A stretch of DNA of 64,000 bases. Source: Alphaproteobacteria bacterium (GTDB lineage Bacteria > Pseudomonadota > Alphaproteobacteria > Sphingomonadales > Emcibacteraceae). The DNA is taken from positions 90,637 through 154,636 of the forward strand of contig JAGREE010000005.1 in NCBI GenBank assembly GCA_020446675.1, written 5' to 3'. The notes under the pieces are model-generated. The model was not told the origin of the DNA, made no database searches, and saw nothing but the letters and a program-made list of their open reading frames with translations. Each line of letters begins with the position of its first letter. The stretch's first letter is position 1. This document shows positions 1-9,723 of this stretch, one piece after another. The position numbers were made by a program, and so were the translations under genes.

Positions 1-1344
1 GGGTTTAATATTGCCCGCCATTTGTCGCATGAGCAGAATGATGTTACCGTCATCGATCGTTCGGAAGAACTGATAAACAAGGTAAGAAATTCTTTGGATG
101 TGCATGCATTGGTGGGGTATGCCTCCTATCCTGATCTTCTTGAGGATGCTGGTGCTGAAGACGCTGATATGATTATTGCTGTCACGCTGTTTGATGAGGT
201 GAACATTGTTGCCTGTCAGGTGGCCCATTCCCTTTTTAATGTGCCGACCAAAATTGCAAGGATAAGGGCCCAGAATTACCTGAATCCTGAATGGCGTGCT
301 TTGTTTAGCAGGGATCATATGCCCATAGATGTCATTATTTCACCGGAAATAGAAGTGGCCAAGGCTGCCATTAACCGTCTTGAGGTGCCGGGGGCGACTG
401 ATATGATCCGTTTTGCCAATGACCGGATATGGCTTGTTGGCGTTAAGCTTGAGGAAGATTGCCCGGTTGTTGATACGCCCCTAAGGCAATTGACAGAATT
501 ATTTCCAGACTTGCACATTGTTGTGTGTGGAATATTGAGAAACGGTAAATTGATCGTTCCCAGCGGCAATGATCAGTTGATGGTCGGGGATAATATCTAC
601 ATCGCTTCTGAAAAAACGAATGTGACAAGAGCGCTTAATGTTTTCGGTCATGAAGAGGAAGAAGCCAGAAATGTTATCATTGTCGGCGGCGGTAATGTCG
701 GACAGTTTCTAAGCGAACAGCTTGTTGAATCAGGGAATAAATTTCAGATTAAAATCATTGAAAGCAATGCGGACAGGGCGATTCAAGTTGCTGAAAAAGT
801 GTCAAAGGCCGTTGTGTTGCATGGTGACGCCCTTGATATGGAAATTTTAAAGGAAGCCAATATACAGGGGACACATTCAATTATATCAGTGACCAATGAT
901 GACAAGGTTAATATACTTTCAGCACTACTGGCGAAACAGATGGGCTGTAAAAGTGCCATTACACTTATCAATGATCATTCTTTTGGTGATCTGACAAGAT
1001 CTGTTGGAATTGATGCTTTTGTTGATCCGCGTCAGACCACTGTTTCGAGTATTCTGCAACATATGAGGCGTGGTCGTATCAGCTCACTGCAAAGTCTTGC
1101 CGGAGGGGAAGCGGAGGTCATTGAAGCAGTAGCCGTCGAAGCATCACCCCTTGTCGGAAAACCGCTCAGGGAAGTAAAACTGCCGGCAGGTATCATAATA
1201 GGATCGGTTATTCAGGACGGTGTTATTATCGTCCCCAAGGGAGGAACGATAATTAAGGCTGGCGATACCGTAATAGTATTTACCTGTGCTGACATGATTA
1301 AAAAGGTCGAAGAGCTCTTTTCTGTTCGCCTGGAATATTTCTAA
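1..1344 (+). CDS. trkA: Trk potassium uptake NAD-binding subunit TrkA (5' end outside window)
   Basis: Frame 1 is open from nt 1 (GFNIARHL...), so the listed TTG at 22 is internal. It has a second Rossmann motif (VIIVGGGNVGQ) and RCK_C-like segments, and trkH follows immediately. Confidence 0.9.
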   Translation, partial: GFNIARHLSHEQNDVTVIDRSEELINKVRNSLDVHALVGYASYPDLLEDAGAEDADMIIAVTLFDEVNIVACQVAHSLFNVPTKIARIRAQNYLNPEWRALFSRDHMPIDVIISPEIEVAKAAINRLEVPGATDMIRFANDRIWLVGVKLEEDCPVVDTPLRQLTELFPDLHIVVCGILRNGKLIVPSGNDQLMVGDNIYIASEKTNVTRALNVFGHEEEEARNVIIVGGGNVGQFLSEQLVESGNKFQIKIIESNADRAIQVAEKVSKAVVLHGDALDMEILKEANIQGTHSIISVTNDDKVNILSALLAKQMGCKSAITLINDHSFGDLTRSVGIDAFVDPRQTTVSSILQHMRRGRISSLQSLAGGEAEVIEAVAVEASPLVGKPLREVKLPAGIIIGSVIQDGVIIVPKGGTIIKAGDTVIVFTCADMIKKVEELFSVRLEYF

Positions 1345-1378
1345 AGCTATCGCTCGCTGTGATAATTTTGGTCCATAA

Positions 1379-2839
1379 ATGATTACAAATATCGGTCATA
1401 TAATCGGTTATATGCTTATTATTTTGGGAATAAGTGAGCTGGTACCGATTTTGGCGGCTTTAACCTTTGGTGAAAATCATCTGGTATTGCCGTTCTTTAT
1501 CTGTGCAATGCTGACCATTTTTGTCGGAACCGGGTTTTACCTTGCCTTTAGTTACAAGCATGAAAAGCCTAGCCGTTTTGATATTATATCATTTCTTATA
1601 TTAGTATGGACGATTATACCTGTGTTTGCGTCTATCCCCTTTATGGTCACAGGTGTTCTGACCAAATTTACCAATGCCTACTTCGAAGCGGTGTCAGCCT
1701 TTACTACATCCGGCGCTACAATGCTTGCCAATACTGCCCTAGCCCCCAAAGCAATTTTATTCTGGCGATCTTTTTTACAGTGGCAGGGGGGAATTTTTAT
1801 ATTTGTTTTAGCAATATCTATCATCCCTTTAAGTTCAATTGGTGGATCTGAATTATTTAAAAGTACATTGGTGCACCGTGAGCAGGAAGGCTTTCTTGAA
1901 AGATTAAAAAGCACATTAAAAAATCTGGCACTAATATATGCTGGCTTGACTTTGGTCTGTGTTATCCTTCTGGCAATCAGCGGAATGACCACATTTGATT
2001 CTTTGACGACAGCCATGGCTACTTTGTCCAGTGGCGGCTTTACCAATCATGCCAATTCTGGCGTTAACTCCCTTAATTTCAGAAGTGAAATTATATTGAT
2101 CCCCTTTATGATCATTGCAGCAACCAATCTGACCTATCACTGGTCATTTCTGACCAGTGGGAAATTGCGACTTTATAAGGATGATTATGAGCTGCGATAT
2201 TTTTTAATCATAATTCTGATAGCCAGCATGGTCATTTTTCTGACCTTGATTAATTCGAATACTGGTCCGGACGCGTCATTAATAGGCAAGCTTGGGCTGG
2301 CGATATTTACGGCTGTTTCAGCATTGAGCACCACTGGTTTTCTTCCTGACGGGGCAAGTGCAATGCCGGTCAGTACGGTGGTGGTTTGTATAATTTTACT
2401 CTTTATCGGCGGATCGATGGGCTCTAGCGCAGGCGGATTTAAGATAATGCGCCTTAAAGTTTTGTTAAGACATGCAGATATTGAGATAAGCCGACTGGCT
2501 CACCCACATGGTGTCGTGCCAATGCGAGTTAATAATATGACAGTAACGGACACAATTTTAATGAGTGTCTGGACGTTGTTTTTTCTCTATTTATCGTCGA
2601 TTGCTTTTTTTTCCCTTATTTACGGGATACTTGGATATGATGTTGGAATAGCTATCGGCCTTACTGTGGTGAACCTTTTCAGTGCAGGGTCTATGACAGA
2701 ACTAATTGCTCAGGATTTTATTGGCTATAGCAGCATGAGTTACCCTGCTAAATGGTTGAGCTCGGCAATTATGATAATCGGGCGTCTGGAAATTATGCCA
2801 TTATTGATTTTTTTGTCGCCAGACTTCCGAAAGAGTTAA
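1379..2839 (+). CDS. trkH: Trk-type potassium transporter membrane subunit TrkH
   Basis: 486-aa polytopic membrane ORF with repeated selectivity-loop-like motifs (SAFTTSGAT, LSSGGFTNH, ALSTTGFLPD, GSSAGGFK). It lies 35 nt downstream of trkA. Confidence 0.9.
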   Translation: MITNIGHIIGYMLIILGISELVPILAALTFGENHLVLPFFICAMLTIFVGTGFYLAFSYKHEKPSRFDIISFLILVWTIIPVFASIPFMVTGVLTKFTNAYFEAVSAFTTSGATMLANTALAPKAILFWRSFLQWQGGIFIFVLAISIIPLSSIGGSELFKSTLVHREQEGFLERLKSTLKNLALIYAGLTLVCVILLAISGMTTFDSLTTAMATLSSGGFTNHANSGVNSLNFRSEIILIPFMIIAATNLTYHWSFLTSGKLRLYKDDYELRYFLIIILIASMVIFLTLINSNTGPDASLIGKLGLAIFTAVSALSTTGFLPDGASAMPVSTVVVCIILLFIGGSMGSSAGGFKIMRLKVLLRHADIEISRLAHPHGVVPMRVNNMTVTDTILMSVWTLFFLYLSSIAFFSLIYGILGYDVGIAIGLTVVNLFSAGSMTELIAQDFIGYSSMSYPAKWLSSAIMIIGRLEIMPLLIFLSPDFRKS

Positions 2840-2996
2840 AATATTAATAAAATATTAATATTGCCGCTGCATGTTGTAATCTTCTCTGTTTAAATAGAAA
2901 CAGTGATGTGTTATACTGTGTGGGCATTAAGTTGCAGCAGTATTCAGGTCTATACTGTTTTAAGGCTAAAATAATAAAAAAAAGTGGAATAAAAAA

Positions 2997-3251
2997 ATGT
3001 CCGAAAAAATGCACAACTTACAAGATGCCTTTCTCAACCATGTAAGAAAAAATAAAACACCTATAACGGTATTTCTGGTTAACGGTGTAAAACTGCAGGG
3101 TATAATCACCTGGTTTGATAATTTTTGTATATTACTGCGTCGTGACGCAAATGTGCAGCTTGTCTATAAACATGCCATATCAACAATTATGCCGGGTGGC
3201 ACAATTAACTTATTTGATGCTGATGAAGATGAGAATATTGAAGAGGAGTAA
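2997..3251 (+). CDS. hfq: RNA chaperone Hfq
   Basis: 84 aa with Sm1/Sm2 motifs ([26 protein letters not shown]; [13 protein letters not shown]) and an acidic C-tail. It is followed by hflX. Confidence 0.97.
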   Translation: MSEKMHNLQDAFLNHVRKNKTPITVFLVNGVKLQGIITWFDNFCILLRRDANVQLVYKHAISTIMPGGTINLFDADEDENIEEE

Positions 3252-3263
3252 TTTCCTTCAATC

Positions 3264-4658
3264 ATGACCAATCATGATGTAAAAAATTCTCTAGACTTTC
3301 GTAAAAAAACCTTTAGCAGTTTTTTGAATGATCAGGTGGATGCACCGGAAATGGCGAACCATTCGACCGGTGCGCGCACTTTTATTTTTCATCCGAACCT
3401 AACCAGCAGAAATCAGGCTTCACAACAATTAGACCGTAGTGCGCAAAATAGGCTTGATGAAGCTGTTTCATTATGTGCTGCCCTTGATCTGGAAATAATT
3501 ATGGCAGAGGTAGTGACACTTTCCAAAATCCGTCCGGCTACCTATCTGGGTAAGGGTAAGTTAGAGGAAATGGCGGTTTATATCGATGCCCATGATATTG
3601 AGCTGGTGGTCGCCGATTGTGAACTCAGCCCAGGTCAGCAAAGAAATCTAGAACGTGATTTAAAGGTCAAAGTCATTGATCGTACCGGACTTATCCTTGA
3701 AATATTTGGTGAACGGGCTCAGACAAAAGAAGGCGTTATGCAGGTTGAACTGGCCCATCTGACTTATCAGAAAAGCCGTCTGGTTCGTTCATGGACCCAT
3801 CTGGAACGCCAGCGCGGCGGTTTTGGATTTATGGGTGGCCCTGGTGAAAGTCAGATTGAAAGTGACCGAAGGCAGATTGATGAGCGCATAGGGAAAATCA
3901 AGAAGCAGCTGGCATCCGTTATCAGAACCCGTGAGCTGCACCGGGACAGTCGTCGCAAGGTTCCGTTCCCGATTATAGCCCTTGTAGGGTACACAAATGC
4001 CGGAAAATCAACTCTTTTTAATTATTTGACCAAAGCTAATGTCATGGCCGAAGATCTTCTGTTTGCCACGCTTGATCCCACCATGCGTAATGTCGAAATG
4101 CCAAATGGTAAAAAAGCAATTTTTTCTGATACGGTTGGATTTATTTCAGATTTGCCGACACATCTGGTCGCAGCATTCAGAGCAACACTGGAAGAGGTCA
4201 CAGAAGCGGATATTATCATTCATGTGCGTGATATATCACATCCTGAGACAGAGGCGCAGAAACAGGATGTTGAAGGTATTTTAAAATCGCTCGGGGTGAT
4301 GGATAATAAAAACAAGATATTATTTGAGGTATGGAATAAAGCGGATCTTTTAAGCGATGAAAAACATGAAGTAATGGAAAATATGGCAGCAAGAAATGAT
4401 AATGCTGCAATGGTATCGGCCATTACGGGTTATGGCTGTGATCAACTGCTCGACAATTTGGATAAATTGCTGGCCAAGGACAAAAAAACTTATACCCTTA
4501 AATTCAGCTATGAAGAGGGTGCGGATATTGCACTCTTTTACAAATATGGCGAAGTACTGGACCGAAAAGATACTGAAAAATCGACAATCATAAAAGTCAG
4601 ACTGGATAACGCGGCAATCGGACAGTTGTCGAAAATGGGAAAACTTGATGAAAATTGA
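3264..4658 (+). CDS. hflX: GTPase HflX
   Basis: HflX N-domain (GKGKLEE, ELSPGQQRNLE, LAHLTYQ), G1 GYTNAGKST, G3 DTVGF and G4 NKAD. It forms the classical hfq-hflX pair. Confidence 0.95.
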   Translation: MTNHDVKNSLDFRKKTFSSFLNDQVDAPEMANHSTGARTFIFHPNLTSRNQASQQLDRSAQNRLDEAVSLCAALDLEIIMAEVVTLSKIRPATYLGKGKLEEMAVYIDAHDIELVVADCELSPGQQRNLERDLKVKVIDRTGLILEIFGERAQTKEGVMQVELAHLTYQKSRLVRSWTHLERQRGGFGFMGGPGESQIESDRRQIDERIGKIKKQLASVIRTRELHRDSRRKVPFPIIALVGYTNAGKSTLFNYLTKANVMAEDLLFATLDPTMRNVEMPNGKKAIFSDTVGFISDLPTHLVAAFRATLEEVTEADIIIHVRDISHPETEAQKQDVEGILKSLGVMDNKNKILFEVWNKADLLSDEKHEVMENMAARNDNAAMVSAITGYGCDQLLDNLDKLLAKDKKTYTLKFSYEEGADIALFYKYGEVLDRKDTEKSTIIKVRLDNAAIGQLSKMGKLDEN

Positions 4659-5442
4659 TGAAATAAATTCATTGATTAGAAACGTATCTGATAAGGAAAT
4701 ATTATCCCGTTTTCGTAATCTGCGTGAGGACGAGGTCCACTTTAAAGAACCAAATGAATTTGTTACTGCTGCTGATATTGCTGCCGAGGCTGCCCTGACG
4801 GAAGGACTTCTGGATCTGTACCCTCATGCCGTTATTACAGGTGAAGAGGATTTTGCGGAAAATCCAGACAGCCTTAATGATCTTCTTGCGGCCGACTGTG
4901 GTTTTTTGATTGATCCAATTGATGGGACAAATAATTTTATTAAGGGAGATGAGCGCTTTGCGGTGATGGCGGTTGCCTTGCAAAAAGGTAAAGTCGCTGC
5001 CAGTTGGATTTATCTACCGGCATCTGGGGCTATGGCGATGGCACAAGCAGGAAAAGGAACCTATCTTGACGGGGAAAAAATACTGCTTCGCTCATCGTGC
5101 GCGAAACTCAGTGAATTAACGGGAGCCGCCCATATCAATCGAATGCCTGAAAATTTAAGATCAACGGCAAGGGAAAATCTGAAACTGTTTAAAGAAAACA
5201 GACCGGCCTATTGTGCCGGATATGATTATATTTGCCTTCTGACGGGGCAAAAGGATTTTTCGGTTTATTACCGAACCCTGCTTTGGGATCATTTACCCGG
5301 AACACTTCTATTTGAGGAAGCGGGCGGATATGTCCGAACCCTTGATGATAAACCCTTTACGCCGGCTAGTGACGGATTAGGACTGCTTTGTGCCCGTGAT
5401 AAAGCTGTTTGGAAAGATATCAAAGACGCTCTGTTTCCTTAG
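4648..5442 (+). CDS. Inositol monophosphatase/CysQ-family phosphatase
   Basis: Motifs GEE, IDPIDGTNNF and WDHLPGTLLFEEAGG. I take the ATG at 4648, one codon inside the listed TTG, which overlaps the hflX stop. Confidence 0.8.
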   Translation: MKIDEINSLIRNVSDKEILSRFRNLREDEVHFKEPNEFVTAADIAAEAALTEGLLDLYPHAVITGEEDFAENPDSLNDLLAADCGFLIDPIDGTNNFIKGDERFAVMAVALQKGKVAASWIYLPASGAMAMAQAGKGTYLDGEKILLRSSCAKLSELTGAAHINRMPENLRSTARENLKLFKENRPAYCAGYDYICLLTGQKDFSVYYRTLLWDHLPGTLLFEEAGGYVRTLDDKPFTPASDGLGLLCARDKAVWKDIKDALFP

Positions 5443-6208
5443 CTTTTTCCCACAGTCTATCAAGTTCATCAAGCGTATATTGATCTATATTTTTTTCTTC
5501 ATTTTCAATATATTGCTCTATTTTATTAAAGCGTTTTGTGAACTTGTGATTGGCGCGGCGAAGGGCTTCTTCGGGATCAATTTTTAGATGCCTTGCCAGA
5601 TTGGCATAGACAAACATCATATCCCCAAATTCTTCTTCTATTTTGTCTTTATCCTGTTTGTTTTTGACCAGTTCTTCTGAAAGTTCTGTCATTTCTTCGT
5701 TCAGTTTGTCTATGACCTGCGATGTTTCCGGCCAGTCGAAACCAACTCTGGCTGCCCGTTTTTGTAGTTTTACAGCACGAGTTAGGGCCGGAAGGCCAAT
5801 GGTGACCCCGTCCAAAATGCTCGCCTGTTTTTTTTCAGCTCTTTCCTTTGCCTTCTGTTCTTCCCAGGCAATGGTCTGTTCTTCGGCATTTCTGAAATTT
5901 TCATCGGCAAATACATGAGGATGTCGGCGGATCATTTTATCAGCGATGGCTGCAACCACATCGGAAAAATTGAAAAAGCCGGCTTCTTCAGCCATGCGGG
6001 CATGGAAAACCACCTGAAAAAGCAGGTCCCCCAATTCGTCCTTAAGGCCGTCCATATCATTATTTTCTATGGCCTCAGCCACTTCATAGGCTTCCTCAAT
6101 AGTATAGGGGGCAACGGTCTTAAAAGTCTGCTCAACATCCCAGGCGCAGCCATCTTTTGGGTCACGCAACGTTTCCATAATTTTCAGAAGGGTTTTTATA
6201 TTATCCAT
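5420..6208 (-). CDS. mazG: Nucleoside triphosphate pyrophosphohydrolase MazG
   Basis: 262 aa with two MazG repeats (EEAYEVAEAIE..ELGDLLFQVVFHA and EEMTELSEE..EEFGDMMFVYANLA). Confidence 0.92.
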   Translation of the reverse strand: MDNIKTLLKIMETLRDPKDGCAWDVEQTFKTVAPYTIEEAYEVAEAIENNDMDGLKDELGDLLFQVVFHARMAEEAGFFNFSDVVAAIADKMIRRHPHVFADENFRNAEEQTIAWEEQKAKERAEKKQASILDGVTIGLPALTRAVKLQKRAARVGFDWPETSQVIDKLNEEMTELSEELVKNKQDKDKIEEEFGDMMFVYANLARHLKIDPEEALRRANHKFTKRFNKIEQYIENEEKNIDQYTLDELDRLWEKAKETERL

Positions 6209-6393
6209 TTTTCACATTTCTTGATTTTAAAAAATTATTATTCGCGGTGAATGATAGGTGGTTTGTTGGCAGCAGAGTAATACGACAGGAAAAAATTTCA
6301 AGGACTGAATTAACTGTAATTTTGATAAAATTATTTACATCCAGGCTAATTTCTGGAAAGCTGTGACAGGGATTAATCAAGTAAATACAAGGG

Positions 6394-9300
6394 ATGGTTA
6401 TGCGGGCTCTATATTCATTTATGGTTATGTCTTTGGCTTTAATGGGCGCAGTTGAAGCAAAGGAAATTAAATTTTCGCAAGGCACAAATTTCGGGATCAG
6501 CGTTTCATCTGATGGCAAATTGATCTCTATGGATTTGCAGGGTGTATTATGGACTGTGCCTGCCGAAGGGGGAATGGCAAAGCCGCTGACAGCAGGGCAG
6601 CAGCCGGAAGCACGTGAACCGAGTTTTTCTCCGGATGGCAAAAAAATTGCCTTTCAGGGCTATTATCAGGGCTATTTTCATATCTGGACAATTAATAGTG
6701 ATGGTTCTGGGCTAAAACAGATTACATCAGGATTATATGATGATCGTGAACCATCTTGGAATGCGGATGGTGATACAATTGTCTTCGCATCAGACCGCGA
6801 TGGCAGCTACGACATCTGGGAAATAAATGTAAAAAATGGTTCTGAGAAAAAATTGACAAACTATCCTGATGATGAAGGTCATCCCAATAAATCCAATAAT
6901 GGCGAGCGACTGTTATTTACCCGTGAAATTAAAGGCAGATATTCTGAAATCGCTATGATTGATTATACGGATGACAAGCCTTATGAAATCAGCCTGATGA
7001 AAACTGATCGGGGTATCTTTATCCGGCCGTCATGGACAAACAATAGTGAAGGGTTCAGTTATATTTCACAATTTAATGATGACATCAGATTAAATTATGT
7101 GACGGATGCCTATAGCCTGGAAGCACAAAAAAATACGGTTGTTATCGATCAGGGGGATATATTTCCGTTTCGCTCTGTCTGGAGTGAGCAGGGGATATTT
7201 TATACTGCCGATGGCCAGATTAAATTCCGCCCGGTTAAACTTGAAAACAGGCGAAATAAAATACGTGTCAGCCTGGGCGAAATGAATATGGTTCCTTTTG
7301 AAGCGTCCATTACATCCGTTGAGCCAAATTATACGCACAAAGTCCGTGATTTTGATAGTAGAGCCTCTCAACCGGTCCGCGGCATTGGGGCAATGGATGT
7401 ATCATCAAAAAACAATAATATCGTTTTTACTGCGCTGGGTGATATGTGGGTGCAGGAAGGTGACAAGCTTTCCAGAAATATTGATGATGGCCCGGGTCAT
7501 GTGGTTGACCCGGCCTGGTCACGTGATGGGGATGATCTTGCCTTTGTGGCTGAAAGAGATGGCCAGATGGATATTTGGATCCGCAATGTGGCCAGTGGCA
7601 AGGAACGAAGACTGACCAATGATCTAAACCGTGAATATAGATTGGCCTGGTCACGGGATGGAAAATATATCGCTTATCTGTCAACACGAGGCATTTCAAA
7701 CACCTGGGGCAGGTCCGACCTAAAAGTTATAGATGTGGAATATGGTAATATCCATACTATTGATGAACAGTTATTTACACCAGGAAAGCCCACCTGGTCA
7801 GTTGATGGCAAGCATCTGGTTCTGGCAGTTGTCAAGCCGGCAACGTCACGTTTTCGCGAAGGAATGCACGCTCTTAAACAGTATGAAGTGGAAAGCGGCC
7901 GGTCAAAATTTCTTAACCTTCCGAACAATATAGGCTTAAGCACCCGCGATGGGAGTGGCCCTGTTATTTCCTATGATGGCGGTAAAATAGCCTATATTGC
8001 TGAAGGAGAATTAAGAGTTGCCTATGTTAATAATGCCGGGGAAATCACCGGTGCGGCTGAAAACAAATGTCTTGATACGGCGCTTATGCCCCGCTGGGCG
8101 AGAGGATCAGAACGCATTTATTATTTCTCTGGAAAGTCCCTAAAAAGCTGTAATTTTCTAACAGGAGAGACGCAAAACCATACCATTAACCTTTCCTGGA
8201 AGCGGGCATCGGACGAAGATATAACCATTCATGTAGGGCGTATCTTTGATGGAGTTTCTGACCAGGTGCGTGAAAATGTGGATGTTTTTGTCTCAAAAGG
8301 GCGTATTACCAGTATTGCTCCTCATGGTCAGTATGCGGTTATAGGCAAATTTTATGATTATTCCCATAATACGATGATCCCCGGCCTGATGGCTGGACAC
8401 AGTCATCAGACAGAAATTATGGGTGAAAAACTTGGACGAAACTGGCTTGCCTACGGCATCACAAGTGTTCGAGACCCGGGCAGTAATCCTTATAAATCGC
8501 TGGAACGGCGGGAGACATGGGATGGGGGGATTTCGGCCGGTCCAAGATTATTTAATGCCGGCTGGCTTACTGGTGGTGCAAGGGTTTATTATGGGCAGTC
8601 CTATAACGCATTGAATGAAAAGGCATTAAGGCATGAACTACAGAGAGCAGAAGAACTTGATTATGATATGATTAAGTCCTATGTACGCCTGCCTGACGAA
8701 TATCAGCAGATATTAATTGCCGATGGCCATAAACTGGGTATTCCCTTATCTTCTCATGAAATTGCACCGGCTGTTCAAAACAGTATGGACAGTGTAGAAC
8801 ATATTTCTGCCACCAGCAGACGTGGATATTCACCGAAATTTTCGTCACTTGCCCACAGTTATGAGGACGTTATTAATATTATCAGTGAATCCGGTCTCTT
8901 TATTACGCCTACGGCCGTGCTGGACGGAGGATATTATAAATTTCTTCAGGATATGCCAGAATATAAAAGTGATATTAAATATAGAACATTCCTTGATCAG
9001 TTACAGCGTGACGATCAGGAAATGGTTGCAAAATCCGGGTTTGCATTTAATGCCATCAAACATACTCCGGCGCTTCTTGAAACCATTAAAAAACTTCATG
9101 ACCACGGGGCCAATGTGGCGGCAGGCACGGATAGTCCGTTTATTCCCTATGGTATTGCCCAGCAGCTGGAAATTATTATGTTCGAGGCCGCTGGCCTTTC
9201 CCCGGCAGATGCCATTCGTGCTGGCACAATCAAGGTTGCACAGAATATTGGTGTTGAAGCTGACCTGGGAACGCTGGAAGTTGGCAAACTGGCGGATATG

Positions 9301-9414
9301 GTAATATTAAACGGTAATCCTATCGAGGATATCCGTAATATCCGGAATGTCGAAGCAACCATCAAAGGCGGTCATCTTTATACGATCCGTGAACTTACCA
9401 CAAACAGGGATTAA
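6394..9414 (+). CDS. Secreted TolB-like (PD40) beta-propeller / amidohydrolase fusion protein
   Basis: Signal peptide (MSLALMGAVEAKE). Multiple PD40-like repeats (PSFSPDGKKIAF, PSWNADGDTIVFASDRDG, PAWSRDGDDLAFVAERDG, LAWSRDGKYIAYLS). The C-terminal metal-amidohydrolase part has GHSHQ and GTDSP motifs. Confidence 0.8.
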   Translation: MVMRALYSFMVMSLALMGAVEAKEIKFSQGTNFGISVSSDGKLISMDLQGVLWTVPAEGGMAKPLTAGQQPEAREPSFSPDGKKIAFQGYYQGYFHIWTINSDGSGLKQITSGLYDDREPSWNADGDTIVFASDRDGSYDIWEINVKNGSEKKLTNYPDDEGHPNKSNNGERLLFTREIKGRYSEIAMIDYTDDKPYEISLMKTDRGIFIRPSWTNNSEGFSYISQFNDDIRLNYVTDAYSLEAQKNTVVIDQGDIFPFRSVWSEQGIFYTADGQIKFRPVKLENRRNKIRVSLGEMNMVPFEASITSVEPNYTHKVRDFDSRASQPVRGIGAMDVSSKNNNIVFTALGDMWVQEGDKLSRNIDDGPGHVVDPAWSRDGDDLAFVAERDGQMDIWIRNVASGKERRLTNDLNREYRLAWSRDGKYIAYLSTRGISNTWGRSDLKVIDVEYGNIHTIDEQLFTPGKPTWSVDGKHLVLAVVKPATSRFREGMHALKQYEVESGRSKFLNLPNNIGLSTRDGSGPVISYDGGKIAYIAEGELRVAYVNNAGEITGAAENKCLDTALMPRWARGSERIYYFSGKSLKSCNFLTGETQNHTINLSWKRASDEDITIHVGRIFDGVSDQVRENVDVFVSKGRITSIAPHGQYAVIGKFYDYSHNTMIPGLMAGHSHQTEIMGEKLGRNWLAYGITSVRDPGSNPYKSLERRETWDGGISAGPRLFNAGWLTGGARVYYGQSYNALNEKALRHELQRAEELDYDMIKSYVRLPDEYQQILIADGHKLGIPLSSHEIAPAVQNSMDSVEHISATSRRGYSPKFSSLAHSYEDVINIISESGLFITPTAVLDGGYYKFLQDMPEYKSDIKYRTFLDQLQRDDQEMVAKSGFAFNAIKHTPALLETIKKLHDHGANVAAGTDSPFIPYGIAQQLEIIMFEAAGLSPADAIRAGTIKVAQNIGVEADLGTLEVGKLADMVILNGNPIEDIRNIRNVEATIKGGHLYTIRELTTNRD

Positions 9415-9416
9415 TC

Positions 9417-9722
9417 ATGGCAGACGCAAAAGCATATTGGAAAGAAAATGTCAGTTTGGTGCTTAAACTGCTGACGATCTGGTTTATTGTTTCTTATGGC
9501 ATGGGGATTTTGTTTGTTGATTATCTGGATAAGTTTCAGTTTTTTGGGTTTCCCTTTGGCTTCTGGATGGCGCAGCAGGGGTCTATTTATATCTTTGTTC
9601 TTCTGATTTTTATCTATGTTTATAAAATGAACAAGCTTGATAAAAAATATGATGTTGAGGAAAGTGACGATCATATACCCGCAGAGGATATGGGTAGGGG
9701 AATGACCAAAGGGGGACAATAA
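9417..9722 (+). CDS. Small membrane subunit of a sodium:solute symporter (DUF4212-like)
   Basis: 101 aa with two TM segments. It stops 1 nt before the SSS transporter gene, the typical DUF4212-SSS pairing. Confidence 0.75.
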   Translation: MADAKAYWKENVSLVLKLLTIWFIVSYGMGILFVDYLDKFQFFGFPFGFWMAQQGSIYIFVLLIFIYVYKMNKLDKKYDVEESDDHIPAEDMGRGMTKGGQ

Positions 9723-9723
9723 A

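Noticed and set aside
2840-2862. AATATTAAT-AAAAT-ATTAATATT inverted repeat (also a direct repeat) right after the trkH stop
   Set aside because: It consists purely of A and T, so any hairpin would be very weak. Such low-complexity palindromes arise by chance in AT-rich spacers, and there is no second copy to support an operator.
6201-6641. 146-aa minus-strand ORF spanning the mazG/amidohydrolase intergenic region and the amidohydrolase 5' end
   Set aside because: It overlaps the well-supported signal-peptide start of the 1006-aa gene. It has no ribosome-binding site or recognisable motifs, and its composition looks like an antisense artefact.
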